Shown one piece after another: positions 1-8,785 of a stretch of 54,987 nt of DNA. The DNA is from Candidatus Magasanikiibacteriota bacterium (lineage in GTDB: Bacteria > Patescibacteriota > Patescibacteriia > Magasanikbacterales > GWA2-37-8). Position 1 is the stretch's first letter, and every line of letters begins with the position of its first letter. The stretch is from positions 75,428 through 130,414 of the forward strand of contig JAUSEN010000016.1 in NCBI GenBank assembly GCA_030650025.1, read 5' to 3'. Made by a program: the position numbers and the translations under genes. Below the pieces are notes generated by a model. It searched no databases and was not told the origin of the DNA. It saw only the letters and a list, made by a program, of their open reading frames with translations.

Positions 1-1
1 G

Positions 2-577
2 TTGGTAGTCACGGAATTTTTATTTCATGAGTATGGCAACCCCGAGGGCGAACTCACTAACTGGCGGGCGGCCTTGGTCAATGCTAAAATGCTCGCCGTG
101 ATTGCTTACGAAATTGGCATGGAGCCGCACCTCTTTTTAAGCCATGGTGAAGCTAAAGACGCCGGTACCAAAGCCCGCGATTATATTATGGCTAACGCCA
201 TTGAGGCTTTGATTGGCGCGATTTATTTGGATCAAGGCTATGATATGTCCAAGCAGTTTATTACCCGCTGGGTTTTAACACGGCTACCATATGTTTTGGA
301 GCAGGGTTTGTATCTTGACGCCAAAAGCCGCTTTCAAGAATCAGCTCAAGAATTGGTGGGGGTTACGCCTACTTACCGCGTGCTTCACGAAGACGGGCCA
401 GACCACGCCAAGACTTTTGAAGTTGGAGTATTCTTAGATAAGGAATTAATCGCGACCGGGGTGGGCACCAGCAAACAAGAAGCGCAGACCGAAGCGGCCG
501 AAGCGGCCGTGAAAACTAAAGCGTGGAAAGGGCCACACATCAATATAATTAAGCGCAATCCGGGAGATCCGATATAA
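2..577 (+). CDS. rnc: Ribonuclease III (N-terminus cut off by the window edge)
   Basis: The frame is open from the window start. The translation carries the end of the RNase III catalytic domain (NAIEALIGAIYLDQG) and a C-terminal dsRNA-binding domain (GPDHAKTFEVGVFL...GTSKQEAQTEAAEAA). The M at position 2 in the ORF track is an edge artefact. Confidence 0.9.
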   Translation: MVVTEFLFHEYGNPEGELTNWRAALVNAKMLAVIAYEIGMEPHLFLSHGEAKDAGTKARDYIMANAIEALIGAIYLDQGYDMSKQFITRWVLTRLPYVLEQGLYLDAKSRFQESAQELVGVTPTYRVLHEDGPDHAKTFEVGVFLDKELIATGVGTSKQEAQTEAAEAAVKTKAWKGPHINIIKRNPGDPI

Positions 578-621
578 CAGCTGAAAGTTATAAAGTTACT
601 TTATAATTTTTAACTAATCAC

Positions 622-694
622 GGGCCGGTAGCTCAGCTGGTAGAGCAGATCCCTCTTAAGGATAAGGTCCTGGGTTCGATCCCCAGCCGGCCCA
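622..694 (+). tRNA. tRNA-Lys (anticodon CTT)
   Basis: Hand-folded cloverleaf. Acceptor GGGCCGG/CCGGCCC; D arm GCTC-AGCTGGTA-GAGC; anticodon stem GATCC/GGATA (one 27:43 mismatch) with loop CTCTTAA; T arm CTGGG-TTCGATC-CCCAG; discriminator A. CCA is not encoded. Confidence 0.9.
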
Positions 695-703
695 CACAAT
701 ATT

Positions 704-775
704 GCGCCCGTAGTTCAACGGATAGAATATCAGGCTTCGAACCTGAAGATAGGGGTTCGATTCCCTTCGGGCGCA
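704..775 (+). tRNA. tRNA-Arg (anticodon TCG)
   Basis: Hand-folded cloverleaf. Acceptor GCGCCCG/CGGGCGC; D arm GTTC-AACGGATA-GAAT; anticodon stem TCAGG/CCTGA with loop CTTCGAA; T arm AGGGG-TTCGATT-CCCTT. It starts 9 nt after tRNA-Lys. Confidence 0.85.
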
Positions 776-789
776 CACGAATAAACTTT

Positions 790-2742
790 ATGGATTCAAA
801 GTTTATGCAGAATAATTTAGTGGAACTGGCGAAGTTGATTCGTTTTCACATTTTAACTTCCACCACGGCCGCGAGGAGCGGGCATCCGTCTTCGTCGCTT
901 TCGGCGACTGATTTGATGACAGTTTTGATGTTTTCCGGATTTTTTAAGGCTGATCTTGATCATCCAGCCAATCCTAATAATGACCGTTTGATTTTTTCGA
1001 AAGGCCACGCGGCGCCTCTGTTTTATTCGTTATACGCGGTGGCAGGTAAAGTGAGCGCGGAAGAAATGCTTACACTTCGCCAGTTTGGCTCGCGTTTAGA
1101 GGGGCACCCGACAATGTATTTTCCGTATACAGAAGCAGGGACGGGATCTTTAGGGCAGGGATTATCGATTGGGCTCGGTATGGCCTTGAATGCTAAGTTA
1201 GATAAATTACCATATAAAACATATGTTCTGCTTGGCGATAGCGAAATGGCCGAAGGCAGTGTGTGGGAAGCTATGCAATTGGCTGCGCATTATAAGTTGG
1301 ATAATTTAGTGGGTATTATCGATGTAAACCGGCTGGGACAGAGGGGGGAGACCATGTATGGGCACGATGTCGAAGGATATGCCAAGCGTGTTAGCGCCTT
1401 TGGCTGGGAGACGATTGTGATTGATGGGCATGAAGTTAACGAAATAGAAACGGCTTTTAGCGCTGCGCAAAAAATTACTGGGAAACCGGTGATGATTATT
1501 GCCAAGACTTTAAAAGGCAAAGGTGTTTCTTTTATTGAAAATAAAGACGGCTGGCATGGTAAGCCTTTGAATAAAGAAGAGTGTGAGAAGGCTTTATTAG
1601 AAATTGGAGAAGTAGATAAAAAGTTAGTTGGTAAAGTGGCGAGTCCTCCCCCTACCCCCTCCATTGCGATGGAGGGGGGTCGCGAACCCTCCCCTTCGCA
1701 AAGGGGAGGGCAGCCCGCCCGCAACGGCTTCGCCGTAGCGAAGTCGGGCGGGGGTGGGGTCTCGTATAAACTCGGCGATTTAGTTGCCACACGCAAAGCC
1801 TATGGCAATGCGCTAGTTAGGCTGATGGAAAGTTATAAAAATTTAGTAGTTTTAGATGCCGAGGTTTCTAACTCAACTTATAGCGAATTTGTTAAAAAAA
1901 CGCATCCGGAGAGATTTTTTGAAATGTATATTGCCGAGCAGAATATGGTGGGCGCGGCACTCGGGTTCTCGCGGCGCGGAAAAATTCCGTTTGTCTCCAC
2001 GTTCGCGGCATTTTTCGCGCGGGCGTTTGACCAAATCCGCATGAGCCAGTACGCGATGGAGATTAACCCCGACGCGCCTTCGGCGGTCGGGGCAGGCATA
2101 AAATTCGTAGGGTCACACGCAGGAGTCTCGATTGGCGAAGATGGCGCATCGCAGATGGCGCTAGAGGATTTAGCGATATTTAGAGCGATTTTGGGCAGTG
2201 TCGTGATGTACCCGAGTGACGCGGTTTCTTGCGAGAGGATTGCGGAATTGGCCGCAGACACGCCTGGTAATTTTTATATTCGTACTACGCGCAAAGAAAC
2301 ACTAGTGTTATATTCGCCAGAAGAAAAATTTGTGGTTGGCGGGAGTAAAGTCTTGCGCGAGAGTAAAAACGACGCGGTAACAGTGGTAGGAGCTGGGGTC
2401 ACGCTCCACGAAGCGCTGAAGGCCTATGAAGAATTGCAGAAAGAAAAGATAAATATTAGGGTGATTGATTTGTACAGTATAAAGCCATTAGACACAGCCA
2501 CGCTTCAGAAAGTGGCAGAGGAAACCAAAGCGATTATTACCGTTGAGGATCATTATGCCGAGGGCGGCCTAGGCGAGGCGGTGGCGTCCGCCTTTGTAGG
2601 GAACGCGTATACGCGTTCCCTACCGCGTATTGAGATGTTGGCTGTTCGCAAAATGCCGCGGAGTGGCAAACCAGCGGAATTATTGGCATACGAAGAAATT
2701 GACGCCGCGGCGATTGTAAAATTAGTTAAGAAGTTGTTGTGA
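790..2742 (+). CDS. tkt: Transketolase; short type with N- and C-terminal halves fused through a palindrome-encoded linker
   Basis: 650-aa ORF. The N-terminal half has thiamine-diphosphate-binding motifs (SGHPSSSLS, GSLGQGLS, GDSEMAEGSVWEA, IIDVNRLGQ). The C-terminal half has the pyrimidine-binding and C-terminal domains (RKAYGNAL, AEQNMVGAA, GEDGASQMALEDLA). Confidence 0.9.
   Translation: MDSKFMQNNLVELAKLIRFHILTSTTAARSGHPSSSLSATDLMTVLMFSGFFKADLDHPANPNNDRLIFSKGHAAPLFYSLYAVAGKVSAEEMLTLRQFGSRLEGHPTMYFPYTEAGTGSLGQGLSIGLGMALNAKLDKLPYKTYVLLGDSEMAEGSVWEAMQLAAHYKLDNLVGIIDVNRLGQRGETMYGHDVEGYAKRVSAFGWETIVIDGHEVNEIETAFSAAQKITGKPVMIIAKTLKGKGVSFIENKDGWHGKPLNKEECEKALLEIGEVDKKLVGKVASPPPTPSIAMEGGREPSPSQRGGQPARNGFAVAKSGGGGVSYKLGDLVATRKAYGNALVRLMESYKNLVVLDAEVSNSTYSEFVKKTHPERFFEMYIAEQNMVGAALGFSRRGKIPFVSTFAAFFARAFDQIRMSQYAMEINPDAPSAVGAGIKFVGSHAGVSIGEDGASQMALEDLAIFRAILGSVVMYPSDAVSCERIAELAADTPGNFYIRTTRKETLVLYSPEEKFVVGGSKVLRESKNDAVTVVGAGVTLHEALKAYEELQKEKINIRVIDLYSIKPLDTATLQKVAEETKAIITVEDHYAEGGLGEAVASAFVGNAYTRSLPRIEMLAVRKMPRSGKPAELLAYEEIDAAAIVKLVKKLL
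1655..1752. repeat. Three tandem GC-rich perfect hairpins inside the tkt reading frame
   Basis: Hairpin 1 is CCCCCTCCAT-TGCG-ATGGAGGGGG (1655-1678). Hairpin 2 is CCCTCCCCTT-CGCA-AAGGGGAGGG (1687-1710). Hairpin 3 is nested: CCCGCCCG...CGGGCGGG (1714-1752) with an inner CTTCGC/GCGAAG stem. GC content is far above the flanks. Confidence 0.85.
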
Positions 2743-2770
2743 GGGTGGCTGTAATTATACAGTATAATCG

Positions 2771-2810
2771 TTAACGTAGAGACGCCCTGGCAGGGCGTCT
2801 CTACGGTTAA
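2771..2810. repeat. REP-like palindrome, family A (the RAYT-associated family), between convergent tkt and gyrA
   Basis: Sequence is TTAAC-GTAGAGACGCCC-TGGC-AGGGCGTCTCTAC-GGTTAA. The 12-nt arms are identical to the copies at 35910-35938 and 36277-36305. Confidence 0.8.
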
Positions 2811-2859
2811 AAAATAATTTTTATAAATTTATTGCCTTTGCTTATAGAATTGTTACGCT

Positions 2860-2883
2860 GGCCTCTCGGCTGCGCTCGAGGCC
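2860..2883. repeat. Hairpin with conserved loop TCGGCTGCGCTC (family G)
   Basis: Sequence is GGCCTC-TCGGCTGCGCTC-GAGGCC. The same 12-nt loop consensus recurs at 17718-17729 and 36339-36350 on different stems. Confidence 0.5.
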
Positions 2884-2890
2884 TCTAAAT

Positions 2891-5347
2891 TTATAATATA
2901 GTGACAGAGGCAACCTTATCACCATCCTCCTTAAAACGCATCAATCTAACACCCTGGGTGGCGCGGCCAGAAGTGTTAATGGATTTAAATGGCAGGCGGA
3001 TAGCCTGGCCCTTCATGCTCATCATGACTAAATCATGTTCGTTAATATTGGCGCGATCCACGACGCGGGCGTAGACTAAAGGCCCGGTTTTGGCAGTGAC
3101 TTCGGCGGTTTTAATGCCCGAGCCGCCTCGCCCTTGGCATTTATATTCATCGAGAGCGGTGCATTTGCCAGTGCCGTTTTGGCCCACCACTAAAAATTCT
3201 AATTGTTTGGCTTTGGTGTCGATGATATCCATGCCGATAATGCGATCACTACCTTTTAGCTTCATGCCCCGGACGCCGCCAGCGGTGCGGCCCATGGCGC
3301 GAACGTCCGCTTCTTTAAAGCGAATGGCTTGGCCGCCCGAGGTTGCTAAAATAATATCATTGGCGCCATTTGAGGGCTTGACCCACTCGAGGTTGTCGTC
3401 GCCTTTGAGTTTGAGGGCGATGATGCCGCTTTTCCTAACGCTCGCGAAATCTTCGAGCGCGGTTTTTTTGATGGTGCCTTTGCTCGTTACCATTACGAGA
3501 TATTTAAAATCAGCTTTCTCGCCTACGGGGAGCATAGCGCTGATTTTTTCGTTGGGCGCAAGCTGTAAGAAATTTACCAGAGCCTGGCCTTTGGCTGTGC
3601 GGCTCGCTTGGGGGACATCATAGGCCATGAGTTGGAAGACGCGGCCGCGCGTGGTAAAGAAGAGGATGTTGTCGTGCGTGTTCATGGCGAGCGTTAAGTC
3701 CACGCTCTCGTCTTCTTTGGTAGTAACGCCAATCACGCCTTTGCCGCCGCGGCTTTGCTGGCGGAAGGTGTCGGGCGGAACGCGCTTAATATAGCCGTCC
3801 GTCGTAGTCATGACAATGGTCGGTTCGTTGGGGATCAAATCCTCGGTGGTAAATTCCTTAACACCGTGCGCGATGATTTGCGTTTTGCGCTCCGAACCGA
3901 ACCTGGTTTTCATTTCGACAGTTTCCGCTTTAATGACGCCAAGAATTTTTTGTTCCGAGGCGAGGAGAGTTTCCAAATCTTTAATAAGCGCCTTTTTTTC
4001 TTTTAGTTCGTCTTCAATTTTTTGGCGTTCTAAGTTAGCTAATTGCGAGAGGCGCATTTCCAAGATGGCCGTGGTTTGTTTATCGCTAAATTTGAATTTT
4101 TTCATCAGCTCTATCTTGGCCTCTTCTTTATCTTTAGAAGCTCTAATGGTTTTAATAACGGCGTCAATTTTGTCGAGCGCCATTTTTAGGCCTTCTAAAA
4201 TGTGGGCCCGATCCTTGGCTTTGTTCAAATCAAACTCGGCGCGGCGGCGCACGACCACTTGGCGGTGTTTGATAAATTCTTCCAAAACATTTTTGAGGTT
4301 CAAAATGCGAGGCTGAATGCCATCTACGAGCGCGAGCAAATTATAGTGGAACGTGGTTTGGAGAGCGGTTAAATTAAATAGCTGGTTAAGAATTTTTTTA
4401 GGGTAGGAATCTTTTTTAAGGTCCACCACGACGCGTACGCCGTCTTTGTTACTTTCGTCGCGCAGGTCTTTAATGCCTTCAATTTTTTTCTCTTGCACCA
4501 GGTTCGCAATTTTTTCGAGAAGCTCGGCTTTGTTTACTTGATAGGGCATTTCAGTGACGATTATTTGGTAGAGGCCGTTTTTAGCTTCTTGAATTTCGGC
4601 TTTGGCGCGCGTTACAATGCCTCCCCGCCCGGTAGCAAAGGCGCTGGCAATATCTTTTTTACTATAAATAATGCCGCCGGTTGGGAAGTCCGGGCCTTTG
4701 ATAATCTCGCTGATTTCTTCGATGGACGCTTTAGGGTGGTCAACAAGGTGAGTAACACCATCACATAGCTCGCTTAAGTTATGCGGCGGGACAGAAGTGG
4801 CCATGCCAACCGCAATACCAACAGTGCCATTCAGAAGCAGGTTCGGCACTTTGGCGGGCAAGACCTGGGGTTCTTGGTGGCTGCCATCATAGTTAGGCAC
4901 AAAATTTACAGTGTTTTTTTCAATATCGCTAAGCAGTTCTTCGCCAATAGCCGTGAGGCGCGCTTCGGTATAGCGCATGGCCGCGGCCGCGTCGCCGTCC
5001 ATACTGCCAAAGTTGCCTTGGCCGTCTACCAGGCGCTCGCGCATGGCAAAGTCTTGAGCCATACGGACTAAAGAGTCATAGATAGCGCTGTCGCCATGCG
5101 GGTGGTATTTAGCCATGACTTCACCAACGACGTTAGCGGATTTGCGAAATTTGGTGTTGTGGCGGAGCCCTAAGTTACCCATGGCATAAATAATACGGCG
5201 GTGCACGGGTTTTAAACCGTCCCGTACATCAGGCAGGGCGCGAGCGACGATAACGCTCATGGCATATTCTAGGTAAGAGCGTTTTACTTCATCAACTATC
5301 GGGGCGTTAGAAATTTTTCCCATCGAGCGCGGTTCAATTTCGGCCAT
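2891..5347 (-). CDS. gyrA: DNA gyrase subunit A
   Basis: 818-aa ORF with an N-terminal GyrA signature ([23 protein letters not shown]; catalytic Tyr region) and a C-terminal beta-pinwheel repeat region. Confidence 0.97.
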   Translation of the reverse strand: MAEIEPRSMGKISNAPIVDEVKRSYLEYAMSVIVARALPDVRDGLKPVHRRIIYAMGNLGLRHNTKFRKSANVVGEVMAKYHPHGDSAIYDSLVRMAQDFAMRERLVDGQGNFGSMDGDAAAAMRYTEARLTAIGEELLSDIEKNTVNFVPNYDGSHQEPQVLPAKVPNLLLNGTVGIAVGMATSVPPHNLSELCDGVTHLVDHPKASIEEISEIIKGPDFPTGGIIYSKKDIASAFATGRGGIVTRAKAEIQEAKNGLYQIIVTEMPYQVNKAELLEKIANLVQEKKIEGIKDLRDESNKDGVRVVVDLKKDSYPKKILNQLFNLTALQTTFHYNLLALVDGIQPRILNLKNVLEEFIKHRQVVVRRRAEFDLNKAKDRAHILEGLKMALDKIDAVIKTIRASKDKEEAKIELMKKFKFSDKQTTAILEMRLSQLANLERQKIEDELKEKKALIKDLETLLASEQKILGVIKAETVEMKTRFGSERKTQIIAHGVKEFTTEDLIPNEPTIVMTTTDGYIKRVPPDTFRQQSRGGKGVIGVTTKEDESVDLTLAMNTHDNILFFTTRGRVFQLMAYDVPQASRTAKGQALVNFLQLAPNEKISAMLPVGEKADFKYLVMVTSKGTIKKTALEDFASVRKSGIIALKLKGDDNLEWVKPSNGANDIILATSGGQAIRFKEADVRAMGRTAGGVRGMKLKGSDRIIGMDIIDTKAKQLEFLVVGQNGTGKCTALDEYKCQGRGGSGIKTAEVTAKTGPLVYARVVDRANINEHDLVMMSMKGQAIRLPFKSINTSGRATQGVRLMRFKEDGDKVASVTIL

Positions 5348-5372
5348 AGTTTTGTTAAGTTAGCGTGGAGAA

Positions 5373-5777
5373 TTATAAAGGATTATTTGGCGAGGTGGTA
5401 GCAGGAGTAGCGCTGGCAGGAGTGGAACTCTGGCTGCTAGTGGCCGCGGTTTGAAGCAGTTGGCCAATTATTTGGCTAAGCCTGGCGCGAGCGGAAATAG
5501 CGTTGTTTTGATTTTCGGCACGATCGGCAAAAGCTTGGTTCCAGTCCTGCTTCACTTCTTTAAAGAGTTTGGCATCAGCGCCTTTTTGCCAGAGGGAAGT
5601 TTCCATCTGGACTTTGAGCGAGATTCCCCAAATGACAGCGATCAGGGCTCCAAGGCCAAAGACCCCAATCCACATCCAGGACTCGGCAGAGCGTTTTTTA
5701 GCGTCGTAATATTTGCCAATAATAGAGCGCGGGTCAGAGGAAATTTTAGATTTTTTATCGCCTTTTTTAGCGGGCAT
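5373..5777 (-). CDS. Hypothetical single-pass membrane protein
   Basis: 134-aa ORF packed tightly between gyrA and the upstream gene on the same strand. It has a basic N-terminus, one hydrophobic helix (WMWIGVFGLGALIAVIWGI) and a Ser/Thr/Pro-rich tail. No family was recognised. Confidence 0.55.
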   Translation of the reverse strand: MPAKKGDKKSKISSDPRSIIGKYYDAKKRSAESWMWIGVFGLGALIAVIWGISLKVQMETSLWQKGADAKLFKEVKQDWNQAFADRAENQNNAISARARLSQIIGQLLQTAATSSQSSTPASATPATTSPNNPL

Positions 5778-5780
5778 ATT

Positions 5781-6392
5781 TTAAACGGATTTTTCTAGCA
5801 CATAAAGAGCAGTGTCTTCTTGGGGGAGATCTTTTTTCTTAAGAATAAATTTTTTGTCGGTGGCCGCCGGCTTCAAGCCGACTTCTTTAAGAAATTTAGA
5901 CAACGGTTCGGCTTTTGGATCGGTATCGCATTGGTAGCTGATGGGAATTACGACCCTGGGCTCTAGTTCAGTAATCAAAGCGGCCGAGTCCTCGAAAGTA
6001 AATTCTGGTTGGCCGGCCGGCGCCAAGAGAATATCAACATGGCCTAATTTTTCCACAGCTTCAGCCGTGAGTTTTTTGGTAATGTGCCCAAGGTGCACCA
6101 CACTAATACCTTCAATCATGATTTTAAAAATTAAATTTTGATCATTACCGGGAATCGCGAGGATCATGACATTCTTGGTTTCAAATTCGCCGAGCGTGTC
6201 TATTAGGAGCGGCGTTCCCGAGAGCGTGGCCGCGTTGTCCATTCCTATTGAAAATAAAGCGGCCGTCGGAGTGAAGCTGCGCGGAAATTCGCCTTTAAGA
6301 GGTTTGTAGGCGTCAATTAAAATAAGAACATCCTCGTCGAGGTGTTTAGTTTGGAGCTTAACACAGGTGTTGCCGAGCCAAGAAAGATGCAT
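5781..6392 (-). CDS. MBL-fold (Lactamase_B_3 / UPF0173-like) protein; canonical HxHxDH motif not evident
   Basis: Starts MHLSWLGNTCVKLQ, typical of the family N-terminus. The track ORF extends to 6473, but the ATG at 6392 matches homolog starts better. Co-directional with gyrA. Confidence 0.55.
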   Translation of the reverse strand: MHLSWLGNTCVKLQTKHLDEDVLILIDAYKPLKGEFPRSFTPTAALFSIGMDNAATLSGTPLLIDTLGEFETKNVMILAIPGNDQNLIFKIMIEGISVVHLGHITKKLTAEAVEKLGHVDILLAPAGQPEFTFEDSAALITELEPRVVIPISYQCDTDPKAEPLSKFLKEVGLKPAATDKKFILKKKDLPQEDTALYVLEKSV

Positions 6393-6543
6393 AGTTTTAG
6401 AGTAGAAAAAGCCTAGAAAATTAGAGGTAGAGCGAGGCTTAAGTAAGTAGTATTTTAGCATAGATTTAGGCAATTTGACAAGTGATTTTGGGGATAGATT
6501 TTAGCCTATTTTTTGGGCATCTTTGGCACCCTTACCCGGCTCT

Positions 6544-6572
6544 TGACAAAAAAATGGTTTTGCGATAAAATT
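6544..6572 (+). promoter_or_regulatory. Sigma-70-like promoter candidate for rpsA
   Basis: TTGACA, a 17-nt spacer, then TAAAAT, about 95 nt upstream of the rpsA ATG. Confidence 0.4.
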
Positions 6573-6668
6573 AAGCCGCTAACAACCTAAATCCAAGCTC
6601 TTCCACCTTAAGAGAAGGGCACCTGCATCTTAAATATTTTGGCAGGATAAGGAAAATTTTTTTTATAT

Positions 6669-7970
6669 ATGAGTATTCTTGACCCAAAAAACGAGGAGAA
6701 AACCGCCGTAAATACTGATAAGAACGATTTTAAAACATTATTTCAAAACTACGCGGTGAATATTCCCAAAGTGGGGGAAATTATTAAAGGCGCCGTCGTG
6801 GCCGTGGAGCGGGGGGGCGTTCATATTGATATCTCGGGTTTGACCACGGGCGTGGTGCGAGGCCGGGAACTTTTTGTTGAATCCAGTGAATACGCTAATT
6901 TGAAAGTGGGCGACGAAGCCGAGGCCACGGTTTTAGAATTAGAAAACGAGAACGGCGAGATGGAGCTTTCTTTCCGCTCGGCGGGATTCCGCAAAGCGTG
7001 GGACCAAATGAAAAAACTCATGAAGGATGGGGTGGCCATTAAAGCCAAGGTAACGGGTGCCAATAAGGGCGGTCTCATAATGCAGGTGGACGCGATTTCT
7101 GGTTTTATGCCCGTGTCCCAACTGTCTCCAGATAATTATCCGCGCGTCGCGGGCGGCGATAAGATGAAAATTTTTGAGAAACTCAAAGAAATTGTGGGTA
7201 AAGAAGTGGAAGTGAAAGTGATTGACGTTAATGAAATGGAAGAGAAATTGATTGTGTCGGAGCGCGCCGTGTGGGAAGACTCGCAAAAGGCCGTGCTCGA
7301 TACTTATAAAGTTGGTGACGCGGTGGATGGCGAAATTTCGGCTCTCACCACTTTTGGCGCTTTCATGAAATTTGGTGAAGGCTTGGAAGGCTTAATTCAT
7401 ATTTCCGAAATTGCTTGGCAGCGTATTGACCACCCGAAAGATGTTTTAAAAGTAGGACAAAAAGTGAAAGCGCAAATTATTCAGCTTGACCACGCCAAGA
7501 TCTATCTCTCCATCAAGCGTACAGTAGAGGATCCGTGGAAAAAGGCTAAAGATAAATTTACAGTTGGTTCTACAGTAAAAGGCAGAATTATCAAGATTGA
7601 AAACTTTGGTTTAATGGTAGCGCTCGACACCGAAATTCATGGTTTGGCGCATGTCTCCGAGCTCTCGGACACGCCGGTTGCTAATTTAAACGACAAATTT
7701 AAAGTGGGGCAAGAAATGGAATTTGAAATCGTGAATTTAGAACCAGCCGAACATCGCCTTGGCCTCAAAGTGCCGGGGGTGAAGGGCAAAGCGCCGAAGA
7801 AACCGGCCAAGGCTGTGGAAGAGAAAAAGACAGAAGAAAAGCCAGCCGAAGAAAAGTCTGTTGAAAAATCAGTTGAAGAAAAATCCGTTGAGGAAAAGAC
7901 AGAAGAGAAGCCGGTTGAGACGGCTCCGGCTGTAGCCGAAGAGAAGCCCGTGGAAAATAAAGTTGAATAA
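6669..7970 (+). CDS. rpsA: 30S ribosomal protein S1 with a Lys/Glu-rich repetitive C-terminal tail
   Basis: 433-aa ORF with repeated S1/OB domains (GEIIKGAVVAV, GVAIKAKVTG, GDAVDGEISALTTFGAFMKF, GSTVKGRIIKIENFGLMVAL). The tail contains EKSVEKSVEEKSVEEKTEEKP tandem repeats. Confidence 0.9.
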   Translation: MSILDPKNEEKTAVNTDKNDFKTLFQNYAVNIPKVGEIIKGAVVAVERGGVHIDISGLTTGVVRGRELFVESSEYANLKVGDEAEATVLELENENGEMELSFRSAGFRKAWDQMKKLMKDGVAIKAKVTGANKGGLIMQVDAISGFMPVSQLSPDNYPRVAGGDKMKIFEKLKEIVGKEVEVKVIDVNEMEEKLIVSERAVWEDSQKAVLDTYKVGDAVDGEISALTTFGAFMKFGEGLEGLIHISEIAWQRIDHPKDVLKVGQKVKAQIIQLDHAKIYLSIKRTVEDPWKKAKDKFTVGSTVKGRIIKIENFGLMVALDTEIHGLAHVSELSDTPVANLNDKFKVGQEMEFEIVNLEPAEHRLGLKVPGVKGKAPKKPAKAVEEKKTEEKPAEEKSVEKSVEEKSVEEKTEEKPVETAPAVAEEKPVENKVE

Positions 7971-7980
7971 ATAAATTATC

Positions 7981-8010
7981 AAAAAACCCGACCGTAAGTC
8001 GGGTTTTTTG
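7981..8010 (+). terminator. Intrinsic terminator after rpsA
   Basis: AAAAAACCCGAC-cgtaa-GTCGGGTTTTTT. An A-tract on the other side makes it potentially bidirectional. Confidence 0.75.
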
Positions 8011-8125
8011 ATACTCTTTTTTAGCTGGGTGGGGGCCAAGAGTGTGGAGGTAAGGGGGTAGCTGTGTTTGACAGGGCTTAACACAATGGTATATACTATA
8101 ACTATATTATAACTACTAAACTACT

Positions 8126-8467
8126 ATGTCTAAAAATATAGTGAAAACAGCGGTAATTAATTTAAAAGTGGATAAAGATCTAAAAATAAAAGCGGCTAAT
8201 TTGGCCGAGCAACTCGGGATTCCATTATCTGTCGTTGTGCAAGGGGGCTTGCGGCAATTTGTGGCTAAACAAGGAATTAGTTTTTTTTCTTATCAACCAC
8301 TGTCCGGTTCCGGCCCTACCGCCAACCGCATCGAACTCAAACCCAGCCCTTATTTGCAGGAAGCCATTAAAGAAGCGCGCCGCGAGCGAGCCAAAGGCAA
8401 TAATTATAGTTTTAATTCTGCCGCTGAAGCAATAAAATTTTTGAATAAAACGAGCCGCCGGGTATGA
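8126..8467 (+). CDS. Type II antitoxin, RelB/DinJ (ribbon-helix-helix) family
   Basis: The N-terminus INLKVDKDLKIKAANLAEQLGIPLSVVVQGGLRQFV matches the DinJ-type RHH pattern. There is a 4-nt ATGA overlap with the downstream toxin gene. Confidence 0.7.
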   Translation: MSKNIVKTAVINLKVDKDLKIKAANLAEQLGIPLSVVVQGGLRQFVAKQGISFFSYQPLSGSGPTANRIELKPSPYLQEAIKEARRERAKGNNYSFNSAAEAIKFLNKTSRRV

Positions 8468-8739
8468 GATTTAAAATTGTCTTCTCCAAAAGATTTGTTA
8501 AACATTATCAAAAAGCGCCGAAAAAGGTTCAACAAAAGTTTAATGAGAGAATAATTATTTTTGAAAACAATCAATACGATGAAAGGCTTCGAAGCCATTT
8601 TTTAGCAGGCGAATGGGCGGGGTGCAAGAGTATTGATATAACTGGGGATTGGCGCGCAGTTTACGAAAAATTAGAAAACGGATTGATAGAATGGGTGGAA
8701 TTTGTGGAAATTGGCACGCATAGCCAACTGTACGGATAA
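8464..8739 (+). CDS. Type II toxin, RelE/YafQ (ParE/RelE superfamily) mRNA interferase
   Basis: 91 aa. Has FSKRFVKHYQK...L.G.W.G..S.DI.GDWRAVY...IGTHSQLY, the characteristic C-terminal GTHS-L-Y/F signature of RelE/YafQ toxins. Confidence 0.78.
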   Translation: MRFKIVFSKRFVKHYQKAPKKVQQKFNERIIIFENNQYDERLRSHFLAGEWAGCKSIDITGDWRAVYEKLENGLIEWVEFVEIGTHSQLYG

Positions 8740-8747
8740 AACATGTT

Positions 8748-8785
8748 AAAAACAAAATCCGCCTCAATGGCGGATTTTGTTTTGC
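8748..8785. terminator. Bidirectional intrinsic terminator after the toxin gene
   Basis: AAAAACAAAATCCGCC-tcaat-GGCGGATTTTGTTTT. Confidence 0.7.

Noticed and set aside
1290-1796. 168-aa minus-strand ORF antisense to tkt
   Set aside because: It lies entirely inside the well-supported transketolase gene. It stays open only because it runs through the palindromic insert, which reads open on both strands. It has no start context and no recognisable family.
3090-5071. Several 83-177-aa plus-strand ORFs antisense to gyrA
   Set aside because: They are shadow ORFs inside a highly conserved 818-aa gene. Their composition is low-complexity (Ser/Arg/Leu-rich), typical of antisense frames.
6474-6668. 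Possible S1 autoregulatory leader or riboswitch upstream of rpsA
   Set aside because: Only short, weak hairpins (CCTT-aagag-AAGG and CCTGC-...-GCAGG) and a promoter-like pair were seen. There is no recognisable conserved motif, so only the promoter candidate is reported.
7800-7970. Tandem nucleotide repeats at the 3' end of rpsA considered as a possible CRISPR or minisatellite
   Set aside because: The repeats are short (~15-18 nt), contiguous without spacers and in frame. They encode a Lys/Glu-rich EKSVE-type tail, so this is coding low-complexity sequence and not a CRISPR array. No CRISPR-like repeat-spacer structure was seen anywhere in the window.
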